A stretch of DNA of 64,000 bases, taken from NCBI GenBank assembly GCA_963724765.1, contig CAVRVY010000004.1:96001-160000 (forward strand), in the 5' to 3' direction. The DNA is from an uncultured delta proteobacterium (GTDB lineage Bacteria > Desulfobacterota > Binatia > Binatales > Binataceae). Of the stretch, positions 17,808 to 27,342 are shown in pieces (position 1 is the stretch's first letter; each line of letters begins with the position of its first letter). The position numbers were made by a program, and so were the translations under genes. Below the pieces are notes generated by a model. That model had not been told where the DNA came from and did no database searches. It saw only the letters and a program-made list of their open reading frames with translations.

Positions 17808-19042
17808 TGTTCGTTTTCGGTTATCTGGCGGCCGAAGGCGGCCAGGTTGCCCTGCCATTGCGCACCCAGCGCGAGAATCAACACCTGCTCATTGATATGC
17901 ACGTTCTGAGTCAGCGGGCGCATCCCGCCGCCGCCCGCCGCCGCGAGCATCTTATAGGTCTCGCGTGTGTCCTGGTAAAACTCGGCTAGCGGTGAGATCG
18001 ACTCGCCCGGCGGCCGTCCGCTGTGAGTCTTCAGCCAGAACTCGCGTTCGTAACGCTCGTGCTCCTCGGCCGAGACGTCGATGGTGTTGAAGGTGCCGTC
18101 CTGCGCACGGAACCTGGCGATCAGCGAGAGCAGCGGGCCGTAGTCTTCAAAGCGCGGCGGAGAATCGCCCACCAGCACGATCACCTTCTTGGCGTACGGT
18201 TTCCAGTTCATCTGGTTGACCGCGGTCACGCACGCGGCGTAAACGTCGCCCTGCGATCCATGTCCCTTGGCGCCCACCCCGCTTAGGAAGGTTTCCAGCC
18301 GATGGCTCGAGATCGTCAGCGGCTCGATGTCCACGCGTTCGTTGCGGCCGCCGAAAACCACGATTCCGACCCGCGCGATCGGCACCAGGCGATGAATCGC
18401 CATCACCAGCTCGTCCATCCGATCGCGCACGTCATTGATGATCAGATCCATCGTGCCGGTGTCGTCGATCACCAGCACGATGTCGAGTCCCTTGCGTCTG
18501 AGCTCGCCGATGAAGCCGCCGAACCCGGTGCCGAGTCCCGGGCCGGAGCCTGAGCCGAGCCCGTTGCCGGCACCCATCCCGATTCCGCCGGCGGACACGT
18601 CGCGCACGTAGGTATGGATTGGCTGCTGCACCGCCGTGTGCGAGACCTCGGCGGGGACCTTCGGCACCACCATCTGCGGCATCGTGTCGGGCATGGTCAG
18701 CTCGGGCATGTCGACGTCGCGCATCTCGTCGTGCTTCGAGCCGCCACCACCGCCCACCTGCTGCAACGTGACCATCAGGAGATCATGCGCACTCTGCACC
18801 TTGATCGTGGCAATCAGGATGAGCAGCAGGAGCACGTGGAGCGCGACCGAGAGCGGAAACGGTCCCACCAAAAAACGCAGCGCGTCGCGGATGCTGTGGC
18901 CTTCCTCATCGATGCGCGCTTCGTCCTCGTAAATACCGGGCGGGGTGGCGCCGCGCCGCCGGCGAAGCATGACGCGGCTAATCGCAAAAGCGAGCACCGC
19001 GATCGAGATCGTGACAACGATGACTATCGCATAGAGCGGCAT
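17804..19042 (-). CDS. Membrane-anchored von Willebrand factor A domain protein
   Basis: Two TM segments (SVALHVLLL, TonB-like), Gly-rich linker, LDIVLVIDDTGTM MIDAS-like motif, KKVIVLVGDSPP. Confidence 0.82.
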   Translation of the reverse strand: MPLYAIVIVVTISIAVLAFAISRVMLRRRRGATPPGIYEDEARIDEEGHSIRDALRFLVGPFPLSVALHVLLLLILIATIKVQSAHDLLMVTLQQVGGGGGSKHDEMRDVDMPELTMPDTMPQMVVPKVPAEVSHTAVQQPIHTYVRDVSAGGIGMGAGNGLGSGSGPGLGTGFGGFIGELRRKGLDIVLVIDDTGTMDLIINDVRDRMDELVMAIHRLVPIARVGIVVFGGRNERVDIEPLTISSHRLETFLSGVGAKGHGSQGDVYAACVTAVNQMNWKPYAKKVIVLVGDSPPRFEDYGPLLSLIARFRAQDGTFNTIDVSAEEHERYEREFWLKTHSGRPPGESISPLAEFYQDTRETYKMLAAAGGGGMRPLTQNVHINEQVLILALGAQWQGNLAAFGRQITENEQ

Positions 19043-19254
19043 TGAAAAAGCATCCTGCGCATAATTGACGGTCCCCAGGTCGATAGCGCTTCAGGTGCCC
19101 TTAATAACGGTATCATCGAAAGCGGCGCCCGCAATCAAGCCGGCAAACAATATCTGCGCGGATTTGCCCCCGCAATCGCCTTGCAACAGCGCCGCCGCCC
19201 GGACGATTATGGCCGCGGGAAACTTCAGCGGTTGCCCGCCTACCGGAGGACGCC

Positions 19255-20682
19255 ATGTTCGACTTGATAGTTCGTGGAGGGCAGGTCGTGACTCCTCAGG
19301 GAGTCGGCCAGTGGGACGTCGCGGTGCAAGGCGAAAAGATCGTCTCGGTCGGCCTGCACGACGCGCGCGCCGAGGCCGGCCGCATCGTCGACGCCAGCGG
19401 CAAAATCGTCGTACCCGGCGGCATCGAACCGCACGCCCATCTTGCGAGCCTCATCGGGATGCGTCCCGAGGGCCGGCTGTTCACGCTCGGCCCCGAAGAG
19501 GACACGGTCGGGATGGCCTTCGGTGGCACCACCACGCACATCGATTTCTGTTTCGTACATCCCGCGACCGATATCCCAACCGCGCTCGCACGCCGCGCCG
19601 AGCGATGGAAGGGCAGGGCGTACGTCGATTACTCGTTTCACCTGGCGCTTGGAGGCGCTCTGCCGCTAAAGATCTTCGATCAGATCGGCGACGCCATCCG
19701 CGATGGCTTCCCGACCTTCAAAGTCTTCACCGCCGAAATCCTGCCGCCGCATCCCAAACGCCTGCCGTTTCGGCTCGACTACGGCCGCATGCAGCTTGCG
19801 ATGGAAAAAATTGCGCGCAATGGCGGCCTGATGACGGTTCATGCCGAGGATCACGACTTGGTGCAGTTCAACTACGAGCGCTTCATCGAGGAGGGCCGCA
19901 CCGACGGCGTCAACCTCGCTCTGGTGCACACCAAGCTTTCCGAGCAGCTCTCGTTCAATCACACTATCCAGCTCGCCGCCGCCACCGGCGCAGCGATCTA
20001 TTTCGTCCACACCTCGGCGCGCGAGGGCGTCGAGGCAGTGGTCGAGGCCCGCGCCCATCGCCTCCCAATCTACGCCGAGACCCTGCATCACTACGCCTGC
20101 TTCAACGCCGACGACTATCGCAAGCCGCGCGGCTTTTGCTACCACACCTACCCCTCGCTCAAGTTCGCCGAAGACCAGGCCGCGCTGTGGGAAGGGCTGG
20201 TGCGCGACGGGGTGTCGACCACGGCCACCGACGAGTACCCGACCTCGCTCGAAGTGAAGCTCGAGGGCAACCGTATCGACGACGTAACCGGCGGCAACCT
20301 GGGCGCGGAGGCGCGGATGGGAATCGTCTATACCGAGGGCGTGGTCAAGCGCGGGATGTCGCTGGAGCGCTTCGCCGACGTGACCTCGACCAACGCCGCG
20401 CGCATCATGGGGCTCTATCCGCGCAAGGGCGTAATCGCGCCGGGGAGCGACGCCGACCTGTGCCTGATCGATCCGTCGGTCTCGCGGCGCCTTCAGCGCG
20501 AAGACTTTCACGTCGCCGACTACAGTCCCTGGGAGGGCTGGGAGATCAAGGGATGGCCGTCGATGACGGTGCTGCGCGGCAAGGTGATCGTCGAGAACGG
20601 ACGGCTCAACGCCGAGTTGGGTTGCGGCCAACTGGTGGCGCGAAAGATCGATCCGGTGATCGTGCGCCGCCCCGCGTGCTGA
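19255..20682 (+). CDS. Cyclic amidohydrolase (dihydropyrimidinase/hydantoinase-like)
   Basis: PGGIEPHAH, GGTTT, FKVF (carbamylated Lys position), VHAED, VHTS, TATD, KG.IAPGSDADL, YSPWEGW..KGWP..TVLRG; GGAGGA SD. Confidence 0.88.
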   Translation: MFDLIVRGGQVVTPQGVGQWDVAVQGEKIVSVGLHDARAEAGRIVDASGKIVVPGGIEPHAHLASLIGMRPEGRLFTLGPEEDTVGMAFGGTTTHIDFCFVHPATDIPTALARRAERWKGRAYVDYSFHLALGGALPLKIFDQIGDAIRDGFPTFKVFTAEILPPHPKRLPFRLDYGRMQLAMEKIARNGGLMTVHAEDHDLVQFNYERFIEEGRTDGVNLALVHTKLSEQLSFNHTIQLAAATGAAIYFVHTSAREGVEAVVEARAHRLPIYAETLHHYACFNADDYRKPRGFCYHTYPSLKFAEDQAALWEGLVRDGVSTTATDEYPTSLEVKLEGNRIDDVTGGNLGAEARMGIVYTEGVVKRGMSLERFADVTSTNAARIMGLYPRKGVIAPGSDADLCLIDPSVSRRLQREDFHVADYSPWEGWEIKGWPSMTVLRGKVIVENGRLNAELGCGQLVARKIDPVIVRRPAC

Positions 20683-20713
20683 GTCGCCCGAGGAGATGCG
20701 AGGATATAATTTG

Positions 20714-21826
20714 ATGGCTGACGCATCGAAATTGAAACTGCCGCATCGCGCCGAGCACATCGGCAGCCTGCTTCGTCCGCGCGAACTGCGCGACGCGTTC
20801 AAGGCTCACGCCGCAGGCCAGATGAACGACGCCGCCTATCGCGAGGTCGAGGACCGCAACATCATCGAGGCCATACGAATGCAGGAGGAGGCGGGGCTCG
20901 CGACGATCAGCGACGGCGAGTTCCGCCGCGGCTCGTGGGCCTTCGGCCTGGTCAAGGCAGTCGACGGCTTCGGTGAGGCGCGCTCGATGTTCGAGTTCCA
21001 CGACGCCGCCGGCAACAGCTATCCATTCGATACTTGCTACGCGACCGCGAAAATCCGCCGCAGCCGCCCGATCGCGGTGGGCGAGTTCGAGTTCGTCCGC
21101 CGCCACACCGAGCGCGTGCCGAAGGTGACGATGCCGGCGCCGAGCTTCATGCATTTTTTCCGCGGCAAGGCCTGCGCCGACCCGGCCATCTATCCCGACG
21201 TCGCCGCATTCTGGGCCGACCTGCTCCGCGTCTACCACGAAGAGCTTGCCGAGTTGAGCCGCGCGGGCGCGCGTTACCTGCAGATCGACGAGGTGCCGCT
21301 TGCGATGCTCTGTGATCCGGCGGTCCGCGAGCGCGCGCGCGAGATCGGCGAGGACCCCGACGCGCTGATCACGATGTACATCAACGGCGTCAACGACGTG
21401 CTTAGTGCGCGGCCGCCAGGAATGACGGTGGGGATGCATCTGTGTCGCGGCAACCTGCGCTCGCGATGGATGGCCGCGGGAAGCTACGAGGCGGTGGCCG
21501 AGCGCCTGTTCAACGAAACCAGGGTCGACGCGTTTTTTCTCGAATACGACACGCCGCGTGCGGGCGACTTCGCGCCGCTGCGCTTCATGGCGAAGGACAA
21601 GACCGTGGTGCTGGGACTCATCAGCACCAAGACGCCAGTGCTCGAGGACCCCGATGCGCTGCGCCGCCGTATCGATGAGGCCGCACGTCACGTGCCGCTG
21701 GAACGACTCGCGCTCAGCCCGCAATGCGGTTTTGCCAGCACCGTCGGCGGCAACTTGCTTTCGATCGACGACCAACGGCGCAAGCTCGGACTTATCGTCG
21801 AAGTCGCAAAGCGCGTCTGGGGCTAG
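20714..21826 (+). CDS. Cobalamin-independent methionine synthase II-like (single-barrel MetE family) protein
   Basis: HIGSLLRP, DGEFRR, YLQIDE, HLCRGN (Zn His/Cys), FLEYD, LSPQCGFAS (Zn Cys). Confidence 0.9.
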   Translation: MADASKLKLPHRAEHIGSLLRPRELRDAFKAHAAGQMNDAAYREVEDRNIIEAIRMQEEAGLATISDGEFRRGSWAFGLVKAVDGFGEARSMFEFHDAAGNSYPFDTCYATAKIRRSRPIAVGEFEFVRRHTERVPKVTMPAPSFMHFFRGKACADPAIYPDVAAFWADLLRVYHEELAELSRAGARYLQIDEVPLAMLCDPAVRERAREIGEDPDALITMYINGVNDVLSARPPGMTVGMHLCRGNLRSRWMAAGSYEAVAERLFNETRVDAFFLEYDTPRAGDFAPLRFMAKDKTVVLGLISTKTPVLEDPDALRRRIDEAARHVPLERLALSPQCGFASTVGGNLLSIDDQRRKLGLIVEVAKRVWG

Positions 21827-21855
21827 CGAAAAAACGCGAATGTAGGGAGATCGTG

Positions 21856-22662
21856 ATGGCTTATGAGAATTTCATCGTCGAGCGTGCGGGCGTGATTGCG
21901 ACCGTCTATTTCAACCGGCCCGAGAAGCTCAATCCGATAAGCGGCAAGCTGATGACCGAGATGCTCGAAGTCGCAACGGAGTTTCGCGACGACGAGGAGT
22001 CGCGTGTAGTGATCCTGACCGGCAAGGGACGTTCGTTCTGCGCCGGCGCCGATATCGGGGGACTTACGGCGAATGCGGGGGCGCAGGCGCAGCGCGGGCA
22101 AACCGATGCGGGGCGGCTGCGCGCGGCGCGGACCGGATGGCGTTTGATGGACGAATGGGAGCGGCTGGACCAGGTAACGATCGCGGCGGTCAATGGGTTC
22201 GCGATCGGCGGCGGACTGTCGCTCGCGATGGCGTGCGACTTTCGCATCGCGGCGGCCGACGCACGCATCTGGATTCCGGAGGTCGCGCTTGGCGTGCCGT
22301 ACATGTGGGGCTCGGTCACGCGCCTGGTCAATCTCGTCGGGATGAGCAAGGCGAAGGAAATGATCATGACCTGCGACGAGGTGAGCGCTGAGGAGGCGTT
22401 CAAGGTCGGGCTCGTCAACCAGGTCGTGCCGGCCGAGGATCTCCGCGCGGCGGCGCTCGAGTTCGCGGGCAAGCTGGTGAGCAAGCCGCCGATGGCGCTG
22501 CGGCGGACCAAAGAGTTTTTCAAGGCGCTCGGCAACGGCCGCTTCGGCGATATTACCTACGCCGACGGCTACCTGGGACTGTCGTGTCTGGCGAGCGACG
22601 ATATGACCGAGGCGATGGCGGCGTTCAAGGAGAAACGCGCGGGCCGCTACCGCGACCGTTGA
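21856..22662 (+). CDS. Enoyl-CoA hydratase/isomerase family protein
   Basis: NRPEKLN, FCAGADI, IAAVNGFAIGGG, ACDFRIA, PEV.LG. Confidence 0.92.
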   Translation: MAYENFIVERAGVIATVYFNRPEKLNPISGKLMTEMLEVATEFRDDEESRVVILTGKGRSFCAGADIGGLTANAGAQAQRGQTDAGRLRAARTGWRLMDEWERLDQVTIAAVNGFAIGGGLSLAMACDFRIAAADARIWIPEVALGVPYMWGSVTRLVNLVGMSKAKEMIMTCDEVSAEEAFKVGLVNQVVPAEDLRAAALEFAGKLVSKPPMALRRTKEFFKALGNGRFGDITYADGYLGLSCLASDDMTEAMAAFKEKRAGRYRDR

Positions 22663-22720
22663 GCGGGGCGGGCTACGATCGTAGCTAAAGTATCACTTTA
22701 AGTGAGATTTTGGTGACTCG

Positions 22721-23233
22721 ATGATCTCGATTCCCACGCTGGAAACCGAACGGCTGTTGCTGCGGCAGTTCCGACAGAGTGACTTCGACGCGCTCGCGGC
22801 GCTCAGCGCCGATCCGGAGGTGATGAAGTATCTCGGCGACGGTAAGCCCAAGGCTCGCGCGGAGACGTGGCTGATGATGGCCACGTACCTAGGCCATTGG
22901 GAGCTGCGTGGCTACGGATTGTGGGCGGTCGAGGAGAAGGCGACGGGAAAGTTTATCGGACGAATCGGATTGCTCAATCCCGAGGGCTGGCCCGGATTGG
23001 AGGTCGCCTGGACGCTCGCGCGCGAGCGATGGGGCAACGGCTACGCCACCGAAGGCGCCAAAGCGGCGCTGGAGTATGCCTTCTTCGTCCTCAAGCTAAA
23101 GCATGTCATCAGCCTGATTCATCCGGACAACGCCGGTTCGATTCGCGTCGCGCTGCGTATCGGCGAGAAGCTGGAGGGGCAGGCCGAGCTGTTCGGCGTG
23201 ATGCGCTCGGTTTATGGGATCGATCGTCCCTAG
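22721..23233 (+). CDS. GNAT N-acetyltransferase (RimJ/RimL type)
   Basis: LETERLLLRQF, WGNGYATEGA, IHPDN..SIRVA. Confidence 0.9.
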   Translation: MISIPTLETERLLLRQFRQSDFDALAALSADPEVMKYLGDGKPKARAETWLMMATYLGHWELRGYGLWAVEEKATGKFIGRIGLLNPEGWPGLEVAWTLARERWGNGYATEGAKAALEYAFFVLKLKHVISLIHPDNAGSIRVALRIGEKLEGQAELFGVMRSVYGIDRP

Positions 23234-23322
23234 TCGCGCGTTGCCGCGTTCTTGGCGTCGGCGGGTTGTGATAAAAGCGTGCGGCTCGAACGAGCGAATT
23301 CGACAACGCAAGGGAGGTCTCG

Positions 23323-23625
23323 ATGCTGACCGCGATCGCGCTCTTAGTGGCGGCGTTGCTCGAAGTGAGCGGCGACGCGCTGACCAGGATGGGCCTGCGG
23401 GAGCGTCCGCTGTTGCTCGCTGCGGGGGCGCTTACGCTGTTCATCTACGGCGTCGTGGTCAACCAGGGGCAGTTCGACTTCGGCCGCCTGATGGGCGCGT
23501 ACATCGCTGTGTTTTTCCTGGTCTCCCAGGTGGTGGCGTTCGCAATCTTCCGCGACGCGCCCGATTACAAAACCATCGCCGGCGGCCTGCTGATTGTGAT
23601 CGGCGGCGCCGTGATTATGCTGTAG
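23323..23625 (+). CDS. Small 4-TM membrane protein (SMR/YnfA-like)
   Basis: Four hydrophobic helices, membrane-embedded Glu (LLEVSGD), FGRLMGAYIAVF; GGAGG SD. Confidence 0.75.
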   Translation: MLTAIALLVAALLEVSGDALTRMGLRERPLLLAAGALTLFIYGVVVNQGQFDFGRLMGAYIAVFFLVSQVVAFAIFRDAPDYKTIAGGLLIVIGGAVIML

Positions 23626-23632
23626 CCCACGC

Positions 23633-24712
23633 ATGTCCTTAGCGGCGGCCGCAAGGCTGATATTATGTGTGGCGTTGATCGTTGCCCTCGCCCCGTGCTG
23701 GCGCGCGCCAGCACAGACCGCCGGCGCCTGCGGCCCGTTTGGAAATCCGCCCGCCACGATGCTCGGGGCGGTCAAGCCAAGTTGCGGGAGCGGAGAGTTG
23801 CTGGGACCGTGGAAGGATGGCGACGGCACCGATCGTTACGCCTGTCTCCACGAACCCCCGCCGCTGAAGCCCGGCCGCAGGCTTGCGCTGCTGGTCTACC
23901 TGCATCCGTCGCTGTTTGGAACGTGGACGCTTAGGCATACCAATCTGCTTGATCTTAGCGACACGTCTTCACTCGGCAGCGGTCCCGCCGCTTCCGGCTT
24001 TATCGTGCTGGCGCCGCAGGGCAGAAATACCGCTCACTTTTATCCCTGGCCCGACAGTCACGGAATGGGATGGGACAACTGGTATCGCCAACTCAGTCCG
24101 GCGGGCAGCGTGAGAGTCGGCAAGACCGTTTATCCGGAAAATGTAGATGCGGCAACGATCGATCATTTCATCGCGGAGGTGGCCCGCTCCGGCAAAATCG
24201 ACACCCGGCGCATCTATGTGACCGGATGGTCCAACGGCGCGGCGATGGGCCTGCTGTACGCGCTCAACCGACCCAACGTCGCGGCGGTAGCCGTATATTC
24301 AGGGCCGGATCCATTCGGCGCGTTGGACGATCCGTGCCATCAGAAGCCGGTCGGCAGCGCGTCGGCGAACAATGCCGAAGTGCGGATCTACAATCCGCGC
24401 GTGCCCGTGATGAACGTGCACAACGCCTGCGACATCGCGGGGACCTGTCCCAACGCCGAAAAACTGGCGAAGGAATTGCGCTTAGCCGGGGTCAAGGTCG
24501 AGGACGTGATCGTTGACTCGTCCGGCAAACGCGTCGATGCATGCACGGACTACTGCGGCACCGATCCGAATGGCGGGCTCGCCTTCCTGTACAATCCGCT
24601 GGGCTGGCTCATCGGCCTGCATCGTCACGAGCGATGGCCGTCAAAGTGGACGCCGGCGATGCTCGAGTTCTTCCGCGCGCATCCATTGCAGCCAGCCGCC
24701 GCACCGTTCTGA
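23633..24712 (+). CDS. Secreted alpha/beta hydrolase (PHB-depolymerase/LpqC-like esterase)
   Basis: Signal peptide; LLVYLH, IVLAPQG, IDTRRIYVTGWSNGAAM nucleophile elbow; C-terminal His; many Cys. Confidence 0.75.
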   Translation: MSLAAAARLILCVALIVALAPCWRAPAQTAGACGPFGNPPATMLGAVKPSCGSGELLGPWKDGDGTDRYACLHEPPPLKPGRRLALLVYLHPSLFGTWTLRHTNLLDLSDTSSLGSGPAASGFIVLAPQGRNTAHFYPWPDSHGMGWDNWYRQLSPAGSVRVGKTVYPENVDAATIDHFIAEVARSGKIDTRRIYVTGWSNGAAMGLLYALNRPNVAAVAVYSGPDPFGALDDPCHQKPVGSASANNAEVRIYNPRVPVMNVHNACDIAGTCPNAEKLAKELRLAGVKVEDVIVDSSGKRVDACTDYCGTDPNGGLAFLYNPLGWLIGLHRHERWPSKWTPAMLEFFRAHPLQPAAAPF

Positions 24713-24731
24713 GGCGCGCGAACGCGGCGCG

Positions 24732-25928
24732 CTAGATGACTTTGCGCTCGCGCAATGCGGCGATCGCGGCTGCGTCGAGACCGAGTTCCGTGCGCAGGAA
24801 TTCATCGTTGTCGGCGCCCAGCGCCGGCGCCAGCGACTGCGGCACCGCCGCCTCGGCGTTCATCCGCAGTGGCGAGGTCCACATCGTGATACGGCCCAAG
24901 CGCGGGTCATCGATCTCGCGCAGCATCCCGCGCGCGTGCAGATGCGGGTCGGTCATCACCTCGGGCAGTTCCTTGACGATACCGCAGAAGACGTCCGCCG
25001 CGCTGAGCATCGCCATCAGGGCCTCGCGCGTATGCCCGCGCGTCCATGCCGCTACCATCTCGTCGATCTCATCCACATTCGCCGCGCGCGCCTTCGCCGT
25101 GGCAAAGCGCGCGTCCTCGGCCAGTTCCGGCCGTCCGATCAACTCGCACAACCGGCGCCATCGAGCGTTCTCGCCGGCGAGGATCAGCACGTAGCCGTCG
25201 CTTGCCGGGTACACGTTGTAGGGCACGATCACGCCGCCGGGAGAGCTATTGCCGTTGCGCGTCTCGGTGATTCCCATCCCGTAATACGCGCCGATATGCG
25301 TGGTCAGCGCGGGCACGATCGCGTCCTGCAGCGCGACTTCGACCAGCATCCCTTCGCCGGTGCGGTCGCGGTTGCGCAGCGCGGCGAGTATCGCGGTGGC
25401 GAAATGGACGCCGCCGAGCATGTCGACGACGGCCGGCCCGGCCTTCATCGGCGGCCCGTCAGCTTCGCCGGTGGTGCTCAGCACGCCGCTCATCGCCTGC
25501 ACGACCGGATCGAAAGCCGGGAGGTCGCGATAAGGTCCGCTCAATCCGTAACCCTTGCCGGTCGCATAAATGATCCGCGGGTTGATCGCGCGCAGCACGT
25601 CATAACCGAGGCCGAAGCCTTCCATCGCGCCGTAAGCGAAATTTTCGGCCACGACGTCGGCGCGCGCGACCATCCGCTTGAAAAGTTCGCGTCCCTCGTC
25701 GCTCTTGAGGTTCAGCGTGATCGAACGCTTGTTGACGTTGAGGATCGCGAACCCGATGCTGATCTCGCGTCCGGGCGCGCGGTAAAGCGCGCGCATGCCT
25801 TCGCCACCGGGCGGCTCAATCTTGATGACATCGGCGCCGAGGTACGAGAGCAGCAGCGTTCCATACGGACCGTTGTAGAAGTGGGTGAGATCGAGCACCC
25901 GGATGTCGTCGAGCGGGCGAACTGGCAC
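24732..25928 (-). CDS. Family III CoA-transferase (CaiB/BaiF)
   Basis: PLDDIRVLDL, GADVIKIEPP.G, NKRSITLNLK, ENF, catalytic Asp in VVDMLGG. Confidence 0.93.
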   Translation of the reverse strand: MPVRPLDDIRVLDLTHFYNGPYGTLLLSYLGADVIKIEPPGGEGMRALYRAPGREISIGFAILNVNKRSITLNLKSDEGRELFKRMVARADVVAENFAYGAMEGFGLGYDVLRAINPRIIYATGKGYGLSGPYRDLPAFDPVVQAMSGVLSTTGEADGPPMKAGPAVVDMLGGVHFATAILAALRNRDRTGEGMLVEVALQDAIVPALTTHIGAYYGMGITETRNGNSSPGGVIVPYNVYPASDGYVLILAGENARWRRLCELIGRPELAEDARFATAKARAANVDEIDEMVAAWTRGHTREALMAMLSAADVFCGIVKELPEVMTDPHLHARGMLREIDDPRLGRITMWTSPLRMNAEAAVPQSLAPALGADNDEFLRTELGLDAAAIAALRERKVI

Positions 25929-26074
25929 GGGTCACCTCTTGGCGCGCGGTGCTCGCGGGCGCCGCACGCGGCCAGTCCTTTTATAGCAGAGGTGATAGCA
26001 AAGGCGGCGCGCCGATGTAGCGCGCCGCCTTCTCCGAATAGTCGCGAGTCGCGGTCTGACGATCGTTACTTTCG

Positions 26075-27295
26075 CTACTTGATGATTTCCGCCTGGCGCA
26101 ACTCGTCGATCTTCTGTTGCGAGAAGCCGAGCAGGGTCTTGAACACCTCGTCGGTATCCGCGCCGCGCACCGGCGCCGCATGCTGCACTTCGCTCGGCGT
26201 GCCCGACATTTTCCACGGGATGCCGGCGTGGATACGGTGGCCGACCTCCGGATGCTCGAGCCGCAGCAGGTAGCCGCGTTCCGTCAGATGCTTGTCCTCG
26301 GCGAGGTCGCGGTTGCTCATCGAGGGAAACGCAGCGACGCCTGCCCGCTGGAGCGTCTCGGCGGCTTCCCACTTGTCGCGTTCGCGAGTCCATGCGGTAA
26401 CTATGGCGTCGAGCGCGGCCTCGTTTTTCTTGCGCAGCTCGGCGCTCTTGAAGCGCGCGTCGTTGGCGAGCGCCGGCTGGCCGATCGCCTGGCAGAGCGC
26501 GCGCCATTCATCTTCGGTGCCGACCGCGATCGACACCCACTGGTCGTCGTTGCCGGTGCTCTTGTAGGTCTCGTGCGGCGCCATCAGGCGGTCGTGATTG
26601 CCGTTGCGTGCGGGCTCGCGATGGTTGATGTCCCATTCGAGCAGGCCCTCCGCCATGTGCACCAGCACGGCCTCCCACTGCGACTGGTCGATGAACTGGC
26701 CCTCGCCAGTCAAGTCGCGATGGAGCAGGGCGGCGATGATCGCGTACGCGCCCATCACGCCCGCATTGGGATCCGGATACGAAACGCCGATTTCCGAGGG
26801 GTCCCCGCCAGGGTAGCCGGTTAGCCAGAACTGGCCCGAGAGCGCGGAGGCCGGTGGTCCGTAGCCGACATAGCGGCGGAACGGGCCGTACTGGCCGTAA
26901 CCCGACATCGAGATCTGGATGATGTCGGGCTTGATCTCGCGCAGCTTCTCGTAACTGAAGCCGAGCTTGTCGATCACGCCGGCGGCGAAATTGTCGGCCA
27001 CCACGTCGCAGTGTTTCACCAGTTGGAAGGCGAGCTTGACCGCCTCGGGCTTTTGCAGGTTGAGCAGGATGCTGCGCTTGCCCTGGTTGTACTGGTTGAA
27101 GTAGCCGGCCCGATTGGGTCCGGGCTGGTTGTCGGCGAACGGCGGAATCAGCCGCGTGACACAAGCCGGCCGCGCGGTGGTCTCGATTCGGATGACCTCG
27201 GCGCCGAGGTGCGCGAGGGTCTGGGTGCAGAAAGGGCCCGCCCATGCCCAGGTGAAATCCAGAACCCGCACACCGCTTAAAGGTGAATCAGCCAT
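26075..27295 (-). CDS. Family III CoA-transferase (BbsF-like)
   Basis: PLSGVRVLDFTWAWAGP, GAEVIRIE, GKRSILLNL, SGYGQYGP, YPDPNAG. Confidence 0.92.
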   Translation of the reverse strand: MADSPLSGVRVLDFTWAWAGPFCTQTLAHLGAEVIRIETTARPACVTRLIPPFADNQPGPNRAGYFNQYNQGKRSILLNLQKPEAVKLAFQLVKHCDVVADNFAAGVIDKLGFSYEKLREIKPDIIQISMSGYGQYGPFRRYVGYGPPASALSGQFWLTGYPGGDPSEIGVSYPDPNAGVMGAYAIIAALLHRDLTGEGQFIDQSQWEAVLVHMAEGLLEWDINHREPARNGNHDRLMAPHETYKSTGNDDQWVSIAVGTEDEWRALCQAIGQPALANDARFKSAELRKKNEAALDAIVTAWTRERDKWEAAETLQRAGVAAFPSMSNRDLAEDKHLTERGYLLRLEHPEVGHRIHAGIPWKMSGTPSEVQHAAPVRGADTDEVFKTLLGFSQQKIDELRQAEIIK

Positions 27296-27342
27296 AACAT
27301 AACTCTCCAGCGACATCTGAGCTTAAGAGAAATACCCGGATC

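Noticed and set aside
19065-20714. 549-aa Arg-rich same-strand ORF overlapping the amidohydrolase (likewise 62252-63364)
   Set aside because: Alternative-frame artefact of GC-rich codon usage with Arg/Pro/Gly-biased composition
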